A stretch of 64,000 nt of DNA, taken from NCBI GenBank assembly GCA_963816355.1, contig CAWFKH010000006.1, positions 352,001 to 416,000 on the forward strand, in the 5' to 3' direction. Below, piece by piece: positions 58,687 through 64,000 of the stretch. The translations under genes and the position numbers were made by a program. This DNA is from an uncultured Gemmatimonadales bacterium. GTDB lineage: Bacteria > Gemmatimonadota > Gemmatimonadetes > Longimicrobiales > RSA9. The notes under the pieces were generated by a model. The model searched no databases and had not been told where the DNA came from. It saw only the letters and a list, made by a program, of their open reading frames with translations. Position 1 is the stretch's first letter; each line of letters opens with the position of its first letter.

Positions 58687-61236
58687 CTACACGACCAGGT
58701 TGATCAGGCGGTCCGGAACGAAGATCACCTTGCGCACGCGGGCGCCATCCAGATGGCGCCTCACGTTCTCGTCATCCAGCGCCGCGCGCGTCGCCGCTTC
58801 CTCGTCGAGGCCGCGCGGGGCGCTCATGCGTGCGCGCACCTTGCCGTTCACCTGGACGACGAACTCGATCGTGTCGGCGGTCGCCTTCGCCGCATCGTAC
58901 TGCGGCCACACGCCGTGCGCCGGGCGCCGCGGCGTCGTGCCGACCGTCGTTTCCGCCTGCGGCCGCCTCCACTCCTCGCCGCCGTCGAAGATCGGCCGCT
59001 CGTGGCCGAGCCGCTCCCACAGCTCCTCGGCGAGGTGCGGCGCGAAGGGCGCGACGAGCAGGACGAGCGGCTCGACCTCCGCGCGGCTCGCCTGCCGGCC
59101 TGCCTCCCGGACCGCGTTCAGGTACTCCATCATCGCCGCGATCGCGGTGTTGTAGCGGAACGCCTCGATGTCCTCGGTCACCTTGCGGATGGTGGCGTGC
59201 AGCTTCTGCTCGAGGTCTCCTTCGATCGGCGAGGCGGCGAGCCCTTCGGCCACCGTGTCCCACAGCCGCGAGAGGAAGCCGTACGGTCCCTGCAGCCCCT
59301 GGTCGCGGAAGTCGCCGCCCTCCTGGTACGGCCCGAGGAACATCAGGTAGGTGCGGAAGGTGTCCGCGCCCCAGCGCGCGATGTACTCGTCCGGGACGAC
59401 GGTGTTGCCCCGGCTCTTCGACATCTTCATGCCGTCCTTGATGATCAGGCCGTGCTTGCGGAAGCGCTCGTAGGGCTCCTCGAACGGCAGCAGCCCCACG
59501 TCGTGCAGCACCATCGTGACGAAGCGCGAGTAGAGCAGGTGCAGCACCGCGTGCTCCTCGCCGCCGATGTAGGTGTCGACGGGGAGCCACTTCGCCGTGA
59601 GCGCCGCATCGAAGGCGACGTCGTCCCGGTTCGCCGAAGGGTAGCGCAGGAAGTACCACGCGCTGTCGAGGAACGTGTCGCTCACGTCCGTCTCGCGCCG
59701 CGCCTCGCCGCCGCAGCGCGGGCACGGAACACGGTACCACGCCTCCGCGCGCGCGAGCGGGCTCACGCCGCTCTCGTCCGGCTTGTAGTCCTCGACGTAG
59801 GGCAGCTCGACCGGCAGATCCGTCTCCGGCACCGGCACCGTGCCGCACGCGTCGCAGTACAGGATCGGGATCGGCGGCCCCCAGTAGCGCTGCCGCGAGA
59901 TGCACCAGTCGTGCAGCCGGTAGTTGACCCGGCGACGTCCCAGCCGCCGCTCCTCGAGCCACGCCGTGATCCGGGCCTTCCCCTCCTCCCACGGCAGACG
60001 ATCGAACTCCCCGGAGTTGACCAGCACGCCGTCGCCGAGGTACGCCGCCTCGAGCGGCGTCGTCGCGTCCTCGTCCGGACCCGCGACCACGCGTCGGATC
60101 GGCAGGCCGAACTGGCGCGCGAACTCGAAGTCGCGCTCGTCGTGCCCCGGTACCGCCATGATCGCGCCGGTGCCGTACTCCATGAGCACGTAGTCCGCGA
60201 TCCACACCGGGATCTCCGCGCCGGTCGCGGGATTGACGCAGTAGCCGCCGGTGAAGACGCCGGTCTTGGCGCGGTCGCCCTTCCTGCGGGAGACGAGGTC
60301 GGTGGCGGTGGCGCGGGCGCGGTACGCCTCTACGTCGGCGCGGCGGTCGTCGCTGGTGAGCGTATCGAGCGCGGGGTGCTCCGGCGCGAGGACCATGAAG
60401 GTCGCGCCGAAGATCGTGTCGGGGCGCGTCGTGAAGACACGGATCGCGTGCTCGTCGGCGTGCAGCTCGGCGGGCTCGTGGCGGTCTTCGGCGGCTTTGC
60501 GGCGTGCGATCGGGAAGACGAGCTCGGCGCCGTCGCTCTTCCCGATCCAGTTCTCCTGCGCCTTCTTCGTCGTCTCCGACCAGTCGATCCAGGAGAGGTT
60601 CTCGAGCAGCCGCTCCGCGTAGGCGGTGATGCGGAAGAACCACTGCGAGAGGATGCGCTGCTCGACCAGGGTGCCGCAGCGCTCGCACGCGCCGGCGATC
60701 ACCTGCTCGTTCGCGAGCACCGTATGGCACGACGGGCACCAGTTGACCGGCGCCTCCTTCTTCTCCGCGAGCCCCGCTTCGTACAGCTTCAGGAAGATCC
60801 ACTGCGTCCAGCGGTAGTACGACGGGTCGGTCGTGTCGACCGTGTGGTTCCAGTCGTACATCGCGCCCACGCGCCGCAGCTGGCGCGTGAAGTTCGCCAC
60901 GTTCTTCGGGATCAGCTCCATCGGGTGCGTGCCGATGCGGAGCGCGAAGTTCTCCGAGTGGATGCCGAAAGCGTCGAACCCGATCGGCTCGAAGACGTCC
61001 TCCCCGCGCAGGCGCTGGAAGCGGCCGTAGATGTCCGCACCCGTGAACGCGTAGAGGTTGCCGACGTGCAGGCCCTCCGCCGATGGGTAGGGGAACATCA
61101 TCAGGTTGAAGAACGGCCGCTCCGCCCTCGCGAGCGCTTCGTCGCTCCAGCGGTTCGTGCCGCGCTCCTCCCAGCGCGCCTGCCACTTCTCCTCGATCGC
61201 GCTCGGATCGTACGGGGTCCGGCTGCTCTCGCTCAT
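58687..61236 (-). CDS. leuS: Leucine--tRNA ligase
   Basis: MFPYPS, HVGN, FTTRPDT, GTGAIMAVPGHDERD, DWCISRQRYWG, KMSKS, VQVNGK. Confidence 0.97.
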   Translation of the reverse strand: MSESSRTPYDPSAIEEKWQARWEERGTNRWSDEALARAERPFFNLMMFPYPSAEGLHVGNLYAFTGADIYGRFQRLRGEDVFEPIGFDAFGIHSENFALRIGTHPMELIPKNVANFTRQLRRVGAMYDWNHTVDTTDPSYYRWTQWIFLKLYEAGLAEKKEAPVNWCPSCHTVLANEQVIAGACERCGTLVEQRILSQWFFRITAYAERLLENLSWIDWSETTKKAQENWIGKSDGAELVFPIARRKAAEDRHEPAELHADEHAIRVFTTRPDTIFGATFMVLAPEHPALDTLTSDDRRADVEAYRARATATDLVSRRKGDRAKTGVFTGGYCVNPATGAEIPVWIADYVLMEYGTGAIMAVPGHDERDFEFARQFGLPIRRVVAGPDEDATTPLEAAYLGDGVLVNSGEFDRLPWEEGKARITAWLEERRLGRRRVNYRLHDWCISRQRYWGPPIPILYCDACGTVPVPETDLPVELPYVEDYKPDESGVSPLARAEAWYRVPCPRCGGEARRETDVSDTFLDSAWYFLRYPSANRDDVAFDAALTAKWLPVDTYIGGEEHAVLHLLYSRFVTMVLHDVGLLPFEEPYERFRKHGLIIKDGMKMSKSRGNTVVPDEYIARWGADTFRTYLMFLGPYQEGGDFRDQGLQGPYGFLSRLWDTVAEGLAASPIEGDLEQKLHATIRKVTEDIEAFRYNTAIAAMMEYLNAVREAGRQASRAEVEPLVLLVAPFAPHLAEELWERLGHERPIFDGGEEWRRPQAETTVGTTPRRPAHGVWPQYDAAKATADTIEFVVQVNGKVRARMSAPRGLDEEAATRAALDDENVRRHLDGARVRKVIFVPDRLINLVV

Positions 61237-61341
61237 CTCGCGTCGGTCGACGTGTCTCGATCGGAGGCCGCGCCGCACGGCCGGCCGGCGCCCTCGCGAG
61301 CTGCAACTATAACGGATCGGGGAAGGGGACCGCGAGGCGCC

Positions 61342-62412
61342 TCAGCCGCCCGCCGCCGGGGCGCCGACCCGCTGCAGCGCGCCGTACGGGTCGTCCGGCT
61401 GCGCCTTCGCGGCGCGCACGATCGCGGCGACCGTCGCGGGCAGGTCGTCGCGCATGCGCCCCAGCGCGGCTTCGAACGCCTCCAGCCGGTCGTAGTAGAG
61501 CCTGCGCGCGATGAGCGTCGCGTTGTTCAGCGGCATCGTGAGGAAGCTCTGGTAGGTGGCCACTTCGAAGCGCGGCTGCACTTCGTCGCGGAAGCGGCGC
61601 TTCGCCTCCTCGAAGACCGCCGCCCGCCGCCTCAGGATCTCCGCCCGGCCGAGCGACGGATCGCCGTAGAGCGCCTCGAGCCGGCGCACCAGGTCCTCCA
61701 TGAACGCGCCGAACACCAGCTCGTCGTGCCACAGCGAGCGCCCGAAGCGGCAGCGCCGCGAATCCTCACCATCCAGGCGACAGAAGTAGTCGATCGCCGC
61801 GTGGTCGCCCACGAAATTCGCGAAGCTCTCGTTGAAGCCCGCCTCGCTCGGCAGGTAGATCGTGTTGTGCGTCAGCTCGTGCACGACCGTCGAGAACAGG
61901 CTCACCGTGTCGTAGGCGACGATCGTCGACAGCAGCGGGTCGCTGAACCAGCCCAGCGTGCTGAACGCGCTCGTCGGCCGCACGTACGCGTCATAGCCCT
62001 CGCGCTCCAGGTCCGCCGCCTTCTCCAGCGCCTTCTCCTTGTCGAAGTAGCCGCGATACGGCACGCGCCCCACGATCGGAAACCACCACGTCACCTGCTG
62101 GAAGCGATCCTTGCGCGCCGCCGACAGCACCAGCATCAGCGTGTCGCTGTCCACCCGCGCGTACGTCGTGTAGCTGTCCCCCACGTCCAGATGCAGACGC
62201 TCGCGCGCGTACGTGCGCGCGTCCTGCGCCAGCTCCAGCTTCGCGCGCAGCGCCGGCGGCGTCGACGCGTCCGCGACGAGCGCCGCGATCGGCTCCCGCC
62301 GGCTCAGCAGGCGCGCCTCCGCAAGCCCCGCACGCACCACGTACACCGGCGAGCACGCCGCCGAAAGCAGCGCGCCGAGCGGAAGAAGGCGACGAACCCC
62401 ACGCGGCATCAT
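61342..62412 (-). CDS. Putative zinc aminopeptidase lipoprotein
   Basis: Lipobox LSAAC, FPIVGRVPYRGYF, AFSTLGWFSDP, HELTH, FNESFA. Confidence 0.85.
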   Translation of the reverse strand: MMPRGVRRLLPLGALLSAACSPVYVVRAGLAEARLLSRREPIAALVADASTPPALRAKLELAQDARTYARERLHLDVGDSYTTYARVDSDTLMLVLSAARKDRFQQVTWWFPIVGRVPYRGYFDKEKALEKAADLEREGYDAYVRPTSAFSTLGWFSDPLLSTIVAYDTVSLFSTVVHELTHNTIYLPSEAGFNESFANFVGDHAAIDYFCRLDGEDSRRCRFGRSLWHDELVFGAFMEDLVRRLEALYGDPSLGRAEILRRRAAVFEEAKRRFRDEVQPRFEVATYQSFLTMPLNNATLIARRLYYDRLEAFEAALGRMRDDLPATVAAIVRAAKAQPDDPYGALQRVGAPAAGG

Positions 62413-62542
62413 GCGGCGTGAGACCCCCCGCGCACGGCCGGGTTCCGGCCGCCGCCGCCGCCCGGTTGCGCGCACCGCCGGCCCGCGCCACGCCCCGTCG
62501 CACCCGCTTGCGACGCGCGCGCCAACCGCCGATCATGCGACG

Positions 62543-62920
62543 ATGACGCGCACCTTCTTCGTACTCGGAGCCCTTCTCGCCGCCGCCGCCGTCGCCGCCG
62601 GCGCCTTCGGCGCCCACGCCCTCGCCGGACGCCTGCCCGCCGACCGCCTCGACATCTACCACACCGCCGCGCGCTACCAGATGTACCACGCCCTCGCCGT
62701 GCTCGCCGCCGCCTGGGCCGCCGACCGCTTCCCCGGCGCCGCCGCAACCGCCGCCGGCTGGCTGTTCCTCGCTGGAATCATCGTCTTCTGCGGCAGCCTC
62801 TACCTGCTCGCCGCCGGCGGACCCCGCTGGCTCGGCGCGATCACCCCGGTCGGGGGCCTCGCCTTCATCCTCGGCTGGCTCGCCCTCGCCGCGGCCCCGC
62901 TGGGCGCGACGCGCGGCTGA
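62543..62920 (+). CDS. DUF423 membrane protein (YgdD-like)
   Basis: GAFGAHAL, YQMYHA, FCGSLY, GAITPVGG. Confidence 0.92.
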   Translation: MTRTFFVLGALLAAAAVAAGAFGAHALAGRLPADRLDIYHTAARYQMYHALAVLAAAWAADRFPGAAATAAGWLFLAGIIVFCGSLYLLAAGGPRWLGAITPVGGLAFILGWLALAAAPLGATRG

Positions 62921-63005
62921 CGGCGCGCCCTCCGGCGGCCGTCGCTCCCCCCGGCCCCGTTCCGGCCCCGCCGCCGCGCCTGCGGCCGCGCCCACCCCGG
63001 GGGGG

Positions 63006-63070
63006 CTACTATCAAGGTAGTTGACAGGCGGGCCCGCGCCGACTACCGTAGTACTAGTCCGATAGTAGAC
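63006..63070 (+). promoter_or_regulatory. Sigma70 promoter TTGACA-N17-TACCGT with overlapping CTA(C)..(G)TAG palindromes (candidate BlaI operators)
   Basis: -35 at 63021, -10 at 63044; palindromes at 63006-20, 63041-59 and 63053-69. Confidence 0.7.
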
Positions 63071-63085
63071 CACGGGAGGGACGAC

Positions 63086-63460
63086 ATGGCAGAGATCCAC
63101 TTCACCGATCGCGAGCTGGACGTGATGGCGGTCCTGTGGGACCGCGGCGGCGCCACGGTGGCCGAGGTGCAGGAGCGGCTTGCGGACCCGTTGGCGTACA
63201 CGACCGTGCTCACGGTGCTGCGGACGCTGGAGGAGAAGGGGCACGTCCGCCATCGGGCGGAGGGGCGGGCGTACCGCTATCTGCCGCGGGTGCCGCGGGA
63301 GGCGGCGGGGGCGAGCGCGCTGCGCCGGATCGTGGGGAAGATCTTCGCGGGCTCGCCGGAAGCGCTGCTGACGCAGCTGGTGGCGGACCGCAGGCTGACG
63401 GACGCGCAACTCGAGCGGATGCGCCGGCTGCTGGACGAGCGGCTGGGAGGTGGCCGATGA
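63086..63460 (+). CDS. BlaI/MecI/CopY-family repressor
   Basis: FTDRELDVMAVLW, LAYTTVLTVLRTLEEKG, GRAYRY. Confidence 0.93.
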   Translation: MAEIHFTDRELDVMAVLWDRGGATVAEVQERLADPLAYTTVLTVLRTLEEKGHVRHRAEGRAYRYLPRVPREAAGASALRRIVGKIFAGSPEALLTQLVADRRLTDAQLERMRRLLDERLGGGR

Positions 63461-64000
63461 TCGGCTGGCTGTGGTACACGGCGGTGGTGGGCGCGGCGCT
63501 GTCGCTTGCGGCGTTCGCGGCGGAGGGAGCATCGCGTTCGCTGGGTCTGTCGGGGCGTTGGGCGTGGATCGGCGCGCTGGCGGGATCGATCGTCCTGCCG
63601 CTGGCGTCGCGGCTCGGTCTGACGGGGGCGGGCGGCGTGCGGGTGCTGCCGCCGCTCCCTGCGAGTGCGCCGGCGATCTCGCTGCCGGTGTTCGCGGTGG
63701 GGGAGGGTGGGCCCCGGGGACCGGGTTTCTGGACGCTCGCGGTGATCGCGGCGTGGGGTGTCGGGAGCGCGGCGGCGCTCGCGTGGCTGGCGGTCTCGGC
63801 GCTGCGGCTGCGGCGGGCGCGGCGCGGGTGGCGGCGCTCGGAGGTGGACGGGCAGGTGGTGCTGGTGTCGACGTCGATCGGACCGGCGGTGGTCGGGTGG
63901 CTGCGCGGGGACGTGGTGCTTCCGGAGTGGGCGCTGGGTCTGACGCCGCCGCGGCGGCGCATGATGCTGCGGCACGAGGCGGAGCATCTTCGCGCGCGGG
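63457..64000 (+). CDS. BlaR1-like M56 metallopeptidase (3' partial)
   Basis: ATGA overlap with the repressor, TM segments, GPAVVG, HEAEH near the window end. Confidence 0.88.
   Translation, partial: MIGWLWYTAVVGAALSLAAFAAEGASRSLGLSGRWAWIGALAGSIVLPLASRLGLTGAGGVRVLPPLPASAPAISLPVFAVGEGGPRGPGFWTLAVIAAWGVGSAAALAWLAVSALRLRRARRGWRRSEVDGQVVLVSTSIGPAVVGWLRGDVVLPEWALGLTPPRRRMMLRHEAEHLRAR

Overview
Very GC-rich bacterial DNA. The gene repertoire (duplicated ABC permease, BlaI/M56 pair, sigma54 and TPR genes) suggests Gemmatimonadota or a similar lineage; this is inference. In order: (1) a histidine kinase and a ~650-bp mosaic of palindromic repeats; (2) two divergent RND efflux operons around an OmpR-family two-component system; (3) an aroF-chorismate mutase-tyrA operon preceded by a Tyr-rich leader peptide with mutually exclusive terminator and antiterminator, i.e. 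a candidate tyrosine attenuator; (4) an ~33-kb accessory locus (18.5-51.4 kb) with a Wzx/Wzy-type capsule pathway (wza, wzc, sugar transferase, wzx, wzy, five GT4s, ABC exporter, wzi), two cobalamin-binding radical SAM enzymes, four methyltransferases, an amidohydrolase, an HPr-kinase-like protein, a nucleotidyltransferase, two blue-copper proteins, an ECF sigma/anti-sigma pair and a sigma54 activator. Six transcription units there share one promoter motif, GGAAC-N18/19-ATT, which suggests a single ECF regulon with a sigma54 feedback loop; (5) a 21-gene, CCA-less tRNA array; (6) a DedA-PAP2 fusion with an eroded active site, leuS, an aminopeptidase, DUF423 and blaI/blaR1-like genes. Five single-base-insertion frameshifts probably reflect assembly error. 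All calls come from reading the sequence by eye; no searches were run.
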